NCBI GenBank assembly: GCA_964230645.1
Contig: CAXRHT010000003.1
Location: 288,001 to 352,000 of the forward strand
Reading direction: 5' to 3'
Origin: Bdellovibrionales bacterium
Lineage (GTDB): Bacteria; Bdellovibrionota; Bdellovibrionia; Bdellovibrionales; JAGQZY01
Length of the DNA: 64,000 nucleotides
Part shown: piece after piece, positions 41,554 to 51,093 of the stretch
Position numbering within the stretch: the stretch's first letter is position 1
Layout of the letters: every line of letters begins with the position of its first letter
Notes under the pieces: generated by a model
The model's input: only the letters and a program-made list of their open reading frames with translations
Told to the model about the DNA's origin: nothing
Database searches by the model: none
Program-made: the position numbers and the translations under genes

Positions 41554-43050
41554 TTAGGGAAAGCTATTTCTAATGTAGGGTCGACGGTCATAAATAAAAA
41601 GATGATTCAGAGAAGTCGGTTTTGTTTCTGTTATTTTTGCGGGAATTTCAGGAGTCCGTTGAGAGTGGATCCAGACATCCTCCGTGATTTCCTTATAGTT
41701 TAAATGCAAAAATTTTAAAATTTCTGGTTCGCCTAAGCTTACTTTTGCCGTGAAAAATATGAAGGTCGGTTGCACTTCTTTTAGAATATCGAGGTTGTTA
41801 TGGTGAGCACGTTCATCGCCGGGTCCGTAGAAAACCATTAGAATGGGGTGCCTGGGCAATAAACCCGTGCTATCAAAGTAAAGAGCTTCCGGTGAATTAT
41901 CCACAAGGTCACCAAGATTTCCAATAACCCTAATCTGTTCTTTGTTGGAGAAATGCCAGCCCGTGAAATGGGTCATATAAAAGGGAGTAACAAAAAGTGG
42001 GATCACTAAAGCAAATCGTGCTCTCTTTTTTAGTATCCAGGAGAAGACGTAGAGGCTGGGTAAAAAGATCAGAGGAATATAGCTAGCAAAAAAATAGTCC
42101 CACTTTTCTGGGTAGATAAGAAAAGAAAGGCTAGAGGCGCCTGCCAAAATCGCAAAGGAGCTCCAATGATCTTGCTTTTTATTTTTAAGAAACAATATCC
42201 AACCCATGGATAGGAAAATATAATGAAGGAAGTTAATCTTAAAACTTAGGATAAGATTACTCCATCCTTCAATCTGAAAGAGTTGTCCAGTGGTGTTGGA
42301 GAAATAGAGAAGAGCGTAAACGAAAGGGTTACTTTCCGAAGCTTGCAACAATAAAAAGAGACTTGAAACGACTGTAACAAAGGCAAATGGGAGCATGAGG
42401 TAAAAAGCTATTCTAAACTTTGGAGAGGAAGCCTTTTCTGTAGAGTTAAGATAAAATGTATAGGCTGCGAATACAAAAATAAGAAAGATCGCCTTTGGAG
42501 TTGAAAGAAAGCAAAGAAAAATCAAACCTAAGGTCTTCCAAGAAAATGTCGGCAATCCTTTCAAAACATCCAGATTGGTTTTGTAAACAGCCAGCAGAAA
42601 GAAAAATAGTGCCAGGATATCCGAGCGAACACGAAAAATATTATAGAAATAGGTGTGAATACTCAATAGGAACAAAATGTATATAAAACTTAGTTTTTTG
42701 TCTTTGCTTCGCTGATAGACAATCGCTGCGATAAGAAAGCAATTAAAACTTGCAATCACTCCAAATAGCAGGCGGGCGGCTTTGATGTGTGAAATATTAT
42801 CTAAAGGCAGAAAATAAAGACTTTTTAGTAAAGCATAGAAAATGGGTCGGTAATAAACAACTATGGCTTCGGGTGAAAAGCTCCCAAATAGTTGACCCGA
42901 TGTGATTCCCCAAAATTCGGAGTGCGATATAAAATTCGACAAAGACATGGGTACAAAAATCAGCAGAGGAATAAGGAACCAAAGGCTTGGGTGACTCCAG
43001 CATCGAAGCACTAATTGAAGAAGAGGGTTTTTTCTCTGCGCTGTATCCAT
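41554..43050 (-). CDS. Polytopic membrane protein, GT-C (ArnT/PMT-like) glycosyltransferase-like
   Basis: About 11 TM helices; YRPIFY, ARLL, RVRSD and KWDYF motif spacing as in ArnT-like proteins; soluble C-terminal domain. Confidence 0.6.
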   Translation of the reverse strand: MDTAQRKNPLLQLVLRCWSHPSLWFLIPLLIFVPMSLSNFISHSEFWGITSGQLFGSFSPEAIVVYYRPIFYALLKSLYFLPLDNISHIKAARLLFGVIASFNCFLIAAIVYQRSKDKKLSFIYILFLLSIHTYFYNIFRVRSDILALFFFLLAVYKTNLDVLKGLPTFSWKTLGLIFLCFLSTPKAIFLIFVFAAYTFYLNSTEKASSPKFRIAFYLMLPFAFVTVVSSLFLLLQASESNPFVYALLYFSNTTGQLFQIEGWSNLILSFKINFLHYIFLSMGWILFLKNKKQDHWSSFAILAGASSLSFLIYPEKWDYFFASYIPLIFLPSLYVFSWILKKRARFALVIPLFVTPFYMTHFTGWHFSNKEQIRVIGNLGDLVDNSPEALYFDSTGLLPRHPILMVFYGPGDERAHHNNLDILKEVQPTFIFFTAKVSLGEPEILKFLHLNYKEITEDVWIHSQRTPEIPAKITETKPTSLNHLFIYDRRPYIRNSFP

Positions 43051-43164
43051 AAATAATAACTCATATTATCGCACTCCTCAGGAAATGAGTATCCTCTTAT
43101 TAGGGTGTTTTTCCTTGCCATTAAGCCATAGGCTCGATAGGTAAAATAGGAGGCGAGGTGCTAT

Positions 43165-43830
43165 ATGAAAGAACTTCTGGAAACCCCATTGGATGAGCGC
43201 GACGAGAAATGGAACGAGCAATTTTTTAAAGAAATCCGCTCGGCTAAATTTGAATTTATGAGTGAATCTCCCATCGAAGGTCCAGATGGAATGCCTTACC
43301 TTGCTGTTAAGACCACTGAAGAGGAGGGCGAGCCTGCCGAAGAAGTTTTCAATTGGCTCGGAGAAAAAGGTGTGGGGCTTGCGGTAAACCCCAACAAAGA
43401 AAATCCTGATTTTGTTTTCTCCTATGGAATGATTTGGAATTATTTATTAAATGGCGAATTTATAACTGAAATGGAAGACGAGGGAGCTGCTGGATCGAAA
43501 GAAATGGAAATGGAGCCTGGGCAGGAGATGATGGCCGGAACACCCAGTGAAACCTATTTTCCACCTCATGTCAGAGGTCTTTTTAAAGAATTTTTACAGC
43601 AACAAGGTGTCCTGGACCCCAAAATTGTGATGCTTTCTCAAGATGGCAAAAATTATGATTTATGCTTTTCCCTAGAGTCTCTGGGAAACCCACCAGAAGA
43701 GGAATGGCAGGGGATTTTAGAGGGCTTTTCGTGGTTTTTTCCACTGCACTATTCTTTTTCCATCATCAGCGAGAATATGATTGAAGGGATTGAGTTCCAA
43801 CGTCTGGGAGAGACAACTCAGCCCTCTTGA
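43165..43830 (+). CDS. Conserved acidic hypothetical protein
   Basis: GAGGTG RBS; GPDGMPYL, PDFVFSYGMIW and WFFPLHYS motifs. Confidence 0.72.
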   Translation: MKELLETPLDERDEKWNEQFFKEIRSAKFEFMSESPIEGPDGMPYLAVKTTEEEGEPAEEVFNWLGEKGVGLAVNPNKENPDFVFSYGMIWNYLLNGEFITEMEDEGAAGSKEMEMEPGQEMMAGTPSETYFPPHVRGLFKEFLQQQGVLDPKIVMLSQDGKNYDLCFSLESLGNPPEEEWQGILEGFSWFFPLHYSFSIISENMIEGIEFQRLGETTQPS

Positions 43831-43979
43831 GCGGTTTCAAAGCCAATTGAAAGGATCTCCTCCAATTTTTTGCTTTAGATTAAACCTAAGCGCCAGCCAA
43901 ATTTGAAAGTGTGAAGTTTTAATAAATATTCTTGAGCTCTCATTTGGTAGTATAAGTGTTCGGCTAAAGGAGAGAGAGA

Positions 43980-44738
43980 ATGCTTTCTAATTTTCACGAA
44001 AAACTGGTGCCTAAATCCGTCAAGCCCTTCTTGAAACATATTACTCCGGCGGCTAGAAAAGTGGTGAATTGGAAGGAGTTGGTGAGCGATTTTTCCAACC
44101 TTACTATTGGCGCCCTGGAGAATAAGCCAATCAAAGAGCGCTTTCAAAACTATCAACTTCCTAAAAATGTGGAACTCAAAGAAAAACTTGAAAGTCCTCT
44201 TAAGGCGGATCAAATGAATGGCCAGGTTTGGATCGGTGAAAAGGTCCTCGAAATTTATTTCAAACAACTGGACCGAGAAGAAGAAATTTTCCTAGATTTG
44301 CGTCACGGTAATTTTGAGAAAAAAGAAGACAGTCTTCTTTGGTCTCCATCAAGACTAACTTACAAATTCTCATCCGATTTTCGACAGGGTTTGCTGGAAG
44401 TTTATGAGGGCTATTATTTAGATAAGGAAGAAAGTTTTGATTCCGGGCTTGAAAAAATGGGCCTATGGCAAGATCGCATGAGTGAAGAGCAAAAAGAGCA
44501 GATTAAAAATCTTTTAGAGGATCATATTGGCTCTGATGATAAGCATGCGACTCTATTTAGTATGGAAAACTTTGAGGAAAGCTTTGATACCTTTTTCCAA
44601 TATTTAAAAGAAAATTCGATCACACTACCATCGGATTTTGTATTTTTTGGAATTTACCTTGTAGGGCTATACTCTCATCTTGATCCCATTGACGAGAAGT
44701 TAGATGTAGCCAAAGCTTACCGGAACGCCCTTCAATAG
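43980..44738 (+). CDS. Hypothetical protein (weak resemblance to the ABC1/AarF kinase C-lobe)
   Basis: 252-aa ORF with RBS; YFKQL...FLDLRHGNF and LPSDFVF segments. Confidence 0.6.
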   Translation: MLSNFHEKLVPKSVKPFLKHITPAARKVVNWKELVSDFSNLTIGALENKPIKERFQNYQLPKNVELKEKLESPLKADQMNGQVWIGEKVLEIYFKQLDREEEIFLDLRHGNFEKKEDSLLWSPSRLTYKFSSDFRQGLLEVYEGYYLDKEESFDSGLEKMGLWQDRMSEEQKEQIKNLLEDHIGSDDKHATLFSMENFEESFDTFFQYLKENSITLPSDFVFFGIYLVGLYSHLDPIDEKLDVAKAYRNALQ

Positions 44739-44832
44739 CTAAAAACACAAACTCAGTTGGTTGAGACTACAGTAGGTACCATCCATTGGGTTTTGCGTTG
44801 CATTTCCTAGCGAAATCCGAAAACATAGGTTT

Positions 44833-45714
44833 ATGCGCCGGTGCTTCCTTTTTATTTATGTCAGCCTCTTAGGTTTTTCTGTCATGGCAGAGAATAAGAA
44901 GATACAAACCGGAGTCACTCAAGCCAATATCGAACAGGCAGAGAGCCCAGAGCAAACTGGGAGTGACTCTTTTGGTAGTTACTCTATCGGACATAACTTA
45001 TCGACAAATTCTCGTACTTTAAACGAAGGCCAATGGTCTTTAGGTTCACTTTATTTCGGCTACGGAATAAGCGATAATTTTACAGTAGGTACCAGTCTTT
45101 TTGTCATCAATAGTTTTAAAATGGCCAATGTTATGGCTCGATACGGATTCGATATATCCAGTAATGAAAGACTCAGTTTTGATTTTGCCTATTTCAAAAC
45201 TTTCGGTGGGCGAGTAAAGACTTACCCAGAGTCTTGCTATTTTTTCGAAAAATCAAAAGAGACTCGATGTTATCAATTTTCACCCCAGGCCGTCGGCTTT
45301 GTGATGGAAGCGATTAACATGAAAGCAACTTATACAAAAAAAATACTCGACTGGTATAGGGCGAACTCTACTCTAAGTTATTTTTATTATATTGAAGAAC
45401 TGATGCCTTTTTCTTTTCGAATGGACCCGGCTAACCCTGATCCTTACACCATAAATTTAACAAGTCTCCATGAATTCCGTTTACATGAAACTCTTTTCAT
45501 AAATTACGAATTTGGTTTTTGGGGCTTTAACTATCAATACCCTTATATCCATACGGGACTCAGTATTAATGTTCAAAAAGATTTTTGGCTCTTAGGCATT
45601 GGAGCCAGTACCACTTTTAGCCCGAGTTTTCCTGAGAAGAGAGCGCGCTATTTTGTTGGCTACGATTCCCGGATGTCGATCCATCCGGAGATTGAACTAC
45701 AGGTATTCTTTTAA
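44833..45714 (+). CDS. Secreted hypothetical protein, probable outer-membrane beta-barrel
   Basis: Signal peptide, amphipathic strands, C-terminal Phe (ELQVFF). Confidence 0.68.
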   Translation: MRRCFLFIYVSLLGFSVMAENKKIQTGVTQANIEQAESPEQTGSDSFGSYSIGHNLSTNSRTLNEGQWSLGSLYFGYGISDNFTVGTSLFVINSFKMANVMARYGFDISSNERLSFDFAYFKTFGGRVKTYPESCYFFEKSKETRCYQFSPQAVGFVMEAINMKATYTKKILDWYRANSTLSYFYYIEELMPFSFRMDPANPDPYTINLTSLHEFRLHETLFINYEFGFWGFNYQYPYIHTGLSINVQKDFWLLGIGASTTFSPSFPEKRARYFVGYDSRMSIHPEIELQVFF

Positions 45715-45722
45715 GGCTCAGA

Positions 45723-46106
45723 CTATTCCAACTCACCAGGTTTAGGCAGGAGGTCACAAAGGCATTCGCGCCAATATTCCGGAGCATCAGAAGTGTAGTC
45801 AATTCCAATTTCGAAAACAGAATCACCACAGTACTTGGTTCGAGTGACAAGGCCTGTGATATCAAGATCCATCGCTGGAATGAATATAGAGATTTGTAAA
45901 CCCTCGATTTCCTCAAGGCTTAAATTTTCTCGTAAGACCGGATCACAAAGTTGTTTGCGGTCAACAATCAAGCGGAAACCACTTGTGGAAGCTTCGACCA
46001 GAAAACCGCCATCAGCAATTGGAGTTAAATCATTTATAGAGATTAATCCCTGGATAGCTAATGGGTCGACATCTTGCCTTTCGAAGTATCGTTTTTCAGA
46101 TCGCAT
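45723..46106 (-). CDS. PilZ-domain protein
   Basis: RYFER and EASTSG motifs, FEIGIDY strand. Confidence 0.72.
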   Translation of the reverse strand: MRSEKRYFERQDVDPLAIQGLISINDLTPIADGGFLVEASTSGFRLIVDRKQLCDPVLRENLSLEEIEGLQISIFIPAMDLDITGLVTRTKYCGDSVFEIGIDYTSDAPEYWRECLCDLLPKPGELE

Positions 46107-46162
46107 GTGTTTCTCCTTGTTGAGGATCCAAGAAGCTTAATAAACCTCATTGAAATCACTTA

Positions 46163-46771
46163 CTACCTTTGTCGGTGTTTCCTGACAAAAGTTGAGTCCA
46201 GGATAAAAAAAGATAGGAAAAACTGCTGAAAACTTCTCGAATAGCCAATACCGGCGAAATTCTGCCCACTTGATTTGGCAGAAAAATTCCACCATGAAAC
46301 ATTCTGAGTGTCCCAATTGAATGTTTCAATGTGGGAAAGGGTGGGGAGATCGTATTTATCATTAAGTGCTTTCCAGCAGGCCTCCTTACTGGTGAATAAA
46401 TCAAACGAAGGGGGATGATTGCTAAATTCTTCTTTTGATGAAACACGTTTAAGGACGCTCTCAGAGATTCTTGTTTTTATTTCGATATCCACACCGATAT
46501 TTTTTGAAGACTCAGAGTAAAAAACCACAGATCCCTCAGGCGAATGACTCAAACTCACGGCCCCTTTAGTGATCAAAGGTGGTGAGTCTAAATTGAGAAG
46601 ATTCGTTTCATCTTTTTTAGAAATTCCGAAAGGACGAAGCAGCGTGACGGCTTGCTTTCGTAAAAGAGAGCGATGGTCTGTAAGGTTTGAATGAATCTCA
46701 GGAAGAAACCAAAGCTTGTATTTTGAACCAAGGGCTTCTGGTAATTCAATACTTTCAATGTGAAATTTCAT
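46163..46771 (-). CDS. 4'-phosphopantetheinyl transferase, EntD/Sfp-like
   Basis: VSLSHS, IGVDIE, FTSKEACWKA motifs. Confidence 0.8.
   Translation of the reverse strand: MKFHIESIELPEALGSKYKLWFLPEIHSNLTDHRSLLRKQAVTLLRPFGISKKDETNLLNLDSPPLITKGAVSLSHSPEGSVVFYSESSKNIGVDIEIKTRISESVLKRVSSKEEFSNHPPSFDLFTSKEACWKALNDKYDLPTLSHIETFNWDTQNVSWWNFSAKSSGQNFAGIGYSRSFQQFFLSFFILDSTFVRKHRQR
46169..46195 (-). promoter_or_regulatory. Putative sigma28 promoter of the PilZ gene (inside the end of the upstream gene)
   Basis: Minus strand TCAA-N15-ACCGACAA. Confidence 0.5.
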
Positions 46772-47745
46772 AATTGTGGGGATTGAAAGCGCTCAGGCCA
46801 AGTCACACTTTTGCCTTCAGAGATGTCCATCATTCGTTGTAGAGGAGTCCGCGCTTTATCAATCAGTTCATTGCTTACAAAAACCTCGTTCTCAAAGGTT
46901 TCTAAAACCTGTTTTATTTTCTCAAGGTTGTTGAGTTTCATATAAGGGCAGTCATTGCATTGGCAATGCCCTTCAAAGGGAGCTTGAATGATATTCGCCT
47001 CAGGGCGGGCTTTTTGTAATTGATGGAAAATTCCCGTTTCGGTCGCAACAATAAAAGTGTCAGTGCTTTTATTGGTCTTAAGTTCATTAAGAATACCAGA
47101 AGTTGAGCCAATGTAGTCGGCATGAACCAATACGGCCTCTTCACATTCTGGATGCGCCAAAACAATGGCCCCTGGGTTTTCCTCTTTCAGTTGGAAGAGT
47201 TTTTTAGCTGAAAAAAGAACGTGCACTTCGCAGTGTCCCGGCCACTGCAACATCTCTCGCCCGATGGTTTTTTCAAGATAGCGTCCGAGGTTCTGGTCAG
47301 GACCGAACATGATGGGTCGATCTTTAGGGATGGCGTTTACGATTTTTTCGGCATTTGAAGAGGTGCAGATCACATCACTCACGGCCTTCACCTCGGCACT
47401 ACTATTAATGTAGGTAATAGCGATATGGTCGGGATGTTTTTTGCGCCACTCAACGAAGTCTTTGTAAGGAGTGCCGCTAACAAGGCTGCAACCGGCTTTC
47501 ATATCAGGAACAAAAACTCTCTTGTCGGGACTAAGGATTTTCACACTCTCGGCCATAAAGACAACGCCGGCGAGCAGAACGTTTTTCGCGTCACTTTTTT
47601 GTCCCATCTGGGAGAGAAAGTAACTGTCTCCGCAGTAATCTGCCAGTTCTTGGATCGCGCCGTCTTGATAATAGTGCGCTAGCATCAAGACGTTCTTTTC
47701 CTTTTTTAGTTTTAAAATATCCTCAAAGAGTTGAGAGTGAGCCAT
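46768..47745 (-). CDS. nadA: Quinolinate synthase
   Basis: LAHYYQ, GVVFMAES, AGCSL, YINSSA, AHPEC, CPYMK. Confidence 0.95.
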   Translation of the reverse strand: MAHSQLFEDILKLKKEKNVLMLAHYYQDGAIQELADYCGDSYFLSQMGQKSDAKNVLLAGVVFMAESVKILSPDKRVFVPDMKAGCSLVSGTPYKDFVEWRKKHPDHIAITYINSSAEVKAVSDVICTSSNAEKIVNAIPKDRPIMFGPDQNLGRYLEKTIGREMLQWPGHCEVHVLFSAKKLFQLKEENPGAIVLAHPECEEAVLVHADYIGSTSGILNELKTNKSTDTFIVATETGIFHQLQKARPEANIIQAPFEGHCQCNDCPYMKLNNLEKIKQVLETFENEVFVSNELIDKARTPLQRMMDISEGKSVTWPERFQSPQL

Positions 47746-48344
47746 TAAACATTCCCGCTTTTTAAGGCTGAAATAATGGATTTAGAGAGAGTTTTAAGAG
47801 ACTCCATAACTCCAATTCCTTCCTCGGCTTTGGCTTCAAAGTCAGGGGAGTTATATTTGTTAAGGGCGGAGCGAAGCTCTGCCACTGAGGCTACAGAGTC
47901 TAGATCTCTTTTATTATACTGTAAAACAAAGGGGATTTTCTTGATGTCGTAGCCTGAGAGCTCTAAGTTTTTTTCCATGTTCTTCAGCGAATTAATATTT
48001 TCATCCATCCGATCCATCTGTGAATCGGCCACGAAGATAATTCCATCTAGGTTTTTTAAGATCAACCGTCGACTGGCGTCATAAATGACCTGGCCAGGAA
48101 CAGTGTAAAGGTGAAAGCGAACTTTAAGGCCTCTGATTTCGCCCACGTCCAGGGGAAGAAAATCAAAAAAGCGTGTTCGTTCTGGAGTGCCAACATCGAA
48201 TTCCATCATGTCACTTGTGGAGGGGTTGGCTTGGCGCGTGGCCTGATAGACCCACTTCAAATTGGTGGTCTTGCCTCCAAGAGAGGGTCCGTAGTAGACA
48301 ATTTTGCAATGAAGCTCTTTAGCTTCCTGGTTAATTAACGCCAT
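47745..48344 (-). CDS. mglA: MglA small Ras-like GTPase
   Basis: KIVYYGPSLGGKTTN, RTxFFDFLP, LYTVPGQV, QYNKRDL. Confidence 0.93.
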   Translation of the reverse strand: MALINQEAKELHCKIVYYGPSLGGKTTNLKWVYQATRQANPSTSDMMEFDVGTPERTRFFDFLPLDVGEIRGLKVRFHLYTVPGQVIYDASRRLILKNLDGIIFVADSQMDRMDENINSLKNMEKNLELSGYDIKKIPFVLQYNKRDLDSVASVAELRSALNKYNSPDFEAKAEEGIGVMESLKTLSKSIISALKSGNV

Positions 48345-48949
48345 TAAACCTCAGTCCGATGTGATAATGCCCGATGCAGGGTACGATCATCAATATAGTC
48401 GATATCACTTCCCATGGGAATACCTTGAGCCAGACGTGTTATCTTGTAGGACTTATTTTCCAACTCTTGATGGAGATAAAGGACCGTGGTGTCTCCCTCG
48501 AGATCGGAATCCACAGCTAAAATGATTTCCTCAACTTCTGAGCCCTCTTTTTCAAGACGCTTTAAAAGCTCACTAATCTTAAGTTTTTCCGGAGTCACAC
48601 CTTCCAGTGGAGAAATGGCTCCATGGAGAACATGATAAAGACCACTATAGGCTCCGGAGGCTTCGATCTGTGCGATATCCTCTGGTTGCTCGACCACGCA
48701 CATAATCTGCTTACTACGATGAGGGCTTTTGCAAATTCGACACTCACGATCAGGGTTGTCAGTATAGTTAAAACAAGTGTCGCAAAGGACAATGCTCTCT
48801 TCCACCGCAAGAATAGTTTCTCTTAAATCCTGACAGTATTTCGGATTTTTCAATAAATAGTGAGTCAGTCGCTGAGCCGATTTAGGACCAACGCCAGGAA
48901 GTTTCGCTATTTCGTGGACCAATTTGTCCAGCGTTGGAATATTAAACAC
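48344..48949 (-). CDS. recR: Recombination mediator RecR
   Basis: LPGVGPKSAQR, C4 zinc finger, YHVLHG, Toprim domain. Confidence 0.95.
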   Translation of the reverse strand: MFNIPTLDKLVHEIAKLPGVGPKSAQRLTHYLLKNPKYCQDLRETILAVEESIVLCDTCFNYTDNPDRECRICKSPHRSKQIMCVVEQPEDIAQIEASGAYSGLYHVLHGAISPLEGVTPEKLKISELLKRLEKEGSEVEEIILAVDSDLEGDTTVLYLHQELENKSYKITRLAQGIPMGSDIDYIDDRTLHRALSHRTEV

Positions 48950-49278
48950 TAAAACATACCCGGAATGTTCATGCCGCCTGTGACTTTTTGCATTTCAGCA
49001 TCCTGGTCTTTCTTGGCGGTTGTTAAAGCATCATTCATGGCCGTGATAATCATCTCTTGGAGCATCTCGGCGTCACCTTCCTTAAAAATTTCAGGATCAA
49101 TCTTAAGAGCGGCGACATTATTTTCGCCTTTGACGGTTACTTGAATCGCTCCACCACCAGAGGTGCCTTCGTATTCTTTTTCAGCCAGCTCTTCTTGAAG
49201 CTGCTTCATCTTGGCTTGCATTTGATTGGCCTGACGAATCAGGTTTTGCATGCTGTTTCCGCGTCCTTTTCCTTTCAT
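48949..49278 (-). CDS. ybaB: YbaB/EbfC nucleoid-associated protein
   Basis: QANQMQ, GTSGGG, TGGMNIPGMF; lies between dnaX and recR. Confidence 0.93.
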   Translation of the reverse strand: MKGKGRGNSMQNLIRQANQMQAKMKQLQEELAEKEYEGTSGGGAIQVTVKGENNVAALKIDPEIFKEGDAEMLQEMIITAMNDALTTAKKDQDAEMQKVTGGMNIPGMF

Positions 49279-49280
49279 AA

Positions 49281-51071
49281 TTACATCTCCTGAGTGGGTG
49301 GGCGCATATCGCTCACACCAATTTTAGTTATATGATCTTTAAAAACCTTTTCTGTGGCTTGTACTAAGGGGTGAGACTCAATGGACTGGGCCTCTTTCTT
49401 TTGTTTTTGTGCCTTGGCTTTTTTCTCTATGGCTTTGGGGGAAAGATTGACGTGAGAGTGGTCCTTTTCAAGGATCATCACTTCCACTTTTCTTTCATCA
49501 TCCCAGTAATTTTTGAGGAAGTTCTCTGTACGCTCTAAGTTTTTTCCTTCACTGAGTTTATCGTAGAGAAACTTCATTTTTTCCGGAAGTCCTAAGGTTA
49601 AGGTGTTCTCGTCTTCTTTCACTAAAGAGGTGTGCTCAAGAAGAGCACCGAGAAATCCGTTGGCCTGTTTCACAGCCGTTACAAACTCATCCCAGGTTTT
49701 TCCCACTTTGTGTTCGTCATCAGGGAAGGGAACGGGAACCGAGGTGGCCTTTTTTTCTTCCGTTTTTTGAGAGTCTTCAGAAGTTTTTTTACTTTCTTCT
49801 GCGGAAGCTTTGGTAGAAGCCGCGTTTTCAGCGCTCACTGGAGCTTCTTTTTTTGTTTCCGTCTTTATGGGCTTAGATGTTGGCGTTTTTTTTTGAGCTT
49901 GGTTGGCCGTCGATGCACTGGGCTTAGGCGCCGGATTGGCTCGTCTACTTGTCGATGGATCGAGGGGTAAAGATTGAGTTAGGCGAGGGAGACTTAAAAG
50001 CTTAAAGAGTAACATCTCAAGGCCAAGCCTGGCGTCACTGTTGAAGTTTAAGCGCTGTGTGCCTGTAAGCATGACATCAAAGAGGAGATGAATGGTTTCC
50101 TCGTTGAGGCTTTTTACAATACTTTCTAGCTCTTGGGTTTCGTGCTCGGAAATATCCAGGCCCTCTTGTTTATGGCATTCTTTAAGAACCATTAGAGCGT
50201 TTCGAATCATTTCAAGAAACTCTTCGGCAAAAAGCTTAGGGTCATAGCCTGAATTTTTAAACTGGCTTACCGTTTTGTACATGAGATCAGAGTCGTTTTC
50301 GGCAATCGCTCGTAAACAAGAAAGAAGAAGGTTGCGGTCAGTAAGACCAAGCACACCCATAACGGAATCAAGACTGAGTTTACCGTGACTAAAAGAAATG
50401 AGCTGATCAAGTAGCGTTAAAGAATCACGAATGGACCCATTGGCTTGCTTGGCGATCATCAAGAGAGCGCTTTCTTCAAACTCAATGTTTTCCGTCTCAC
50501 AAATCTTTTGGAGATTATTTTTAATGTCCACAAGGGTGTGGTTGCGAAAGTCAAAACGCTGGCAACGGGATAAAATAGTGGCCGGTATTTTCTGCACCTC
50601 AGTGGTGGCAAAAACAAAGATGACGTGCTCGGGAGGCTCTTCCAGAGTTTTCAACAGAGCGTTGAAAGCACTAGTGGAAAGCATATGAACTTCGTCAATA
50701 ATATAGACTTTGTACTTCCCAGAGCTTGGCATATAACCGATGGTTTCGCGCAGCTCCCGGATGTGATCCACACCGTTGTTACTGGCTCCATCAATTTCAA
50801 TCACGTCGAGATGGTTACCCTCGGCGATATTCTGACAGGATTCACATTCGCCACAGGGCATTTGTTCTTTTAAGTCTTTACAGAGAAGGGTTTTGGCGAT
50901 GATGCGAGCGGTGGTGGTTTTCCCGGTTCCTCTGGGACCTGTTAATAATAGAGCGTGGGGAAAGCGATCCGAAGCCAGGGCATTTAGCAATGTTTGGGTC
51001 ACGTGGCTTTGTCCGACGAACTCGGAAAAAGATTGAGGTCGGAATTTGCGGGCTATCACCTGATAAGCCAT
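49281..51071 (-). CDS. dnaX: DNA polymerase III subunit gamma/tau
   Basis: MAYQVIARKFRP start, GPRGTGKT, IDEVHMLS, SRC motif. Confidence 0.96.
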   Translation of the reverse strand: MAYQVIARKFRPQSFSEFVGQSHVTQTLLNALASDRFPHALLLTGPRGTGKTTTARIIAKTLLCKDLKEQMPCGECESCQNIAEGNHLDVIEIDGASNNGVDHIRELRETIGYMPSSGKYKVYIIDEVHMLSTSAFNALLKTLEEPPEHVIFVFATTEVQKIPATILSRCQRFDFRNHTLVDIKNNLQKICETENIEFEESALLMIAKQANGSIRDSLTLLDQLISFSHGKLSLDSVMGVLGLTDRNLLLSCLRAIAENDSDLMYKTVSQFKNSGYDPKLFAEEFLEMIRNALMVLKECHKQEGLDISEHETQELESIVKSLNEETIHLLFDVMLTGTQRLNFNSDARLGLEMLLFKLLSLPRLTQSLPLDPSTSRRANPAPKPSASTANQAQKKTPTSKPIKTETKKEAPVSAENAASTKASAEESKKTSEDSQKTEEKKATSVPVPFPDDEHKVGKTWDEFVTAVKQANGFLGALLEHTSLVKEDENTLTLGLPEKMKFLYDKLSEGKNLERTENFLKNYWDDERKVEVMILEKDHSHVNLSPKAIEKKAKAQKQKKEAQSIESHPLVQATEKVFKDHITKIGVSDMRPPTQEM

Positions 51072-51093
51072 GGGCCCCCTAGAGAAAAAAAGT

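Noticed and set aside
36476..43050. Prophage or integrative element at tRNA-Val
   Set aside because: No integrase, phage structural genes or duplicated tRNA 3' end was seen.
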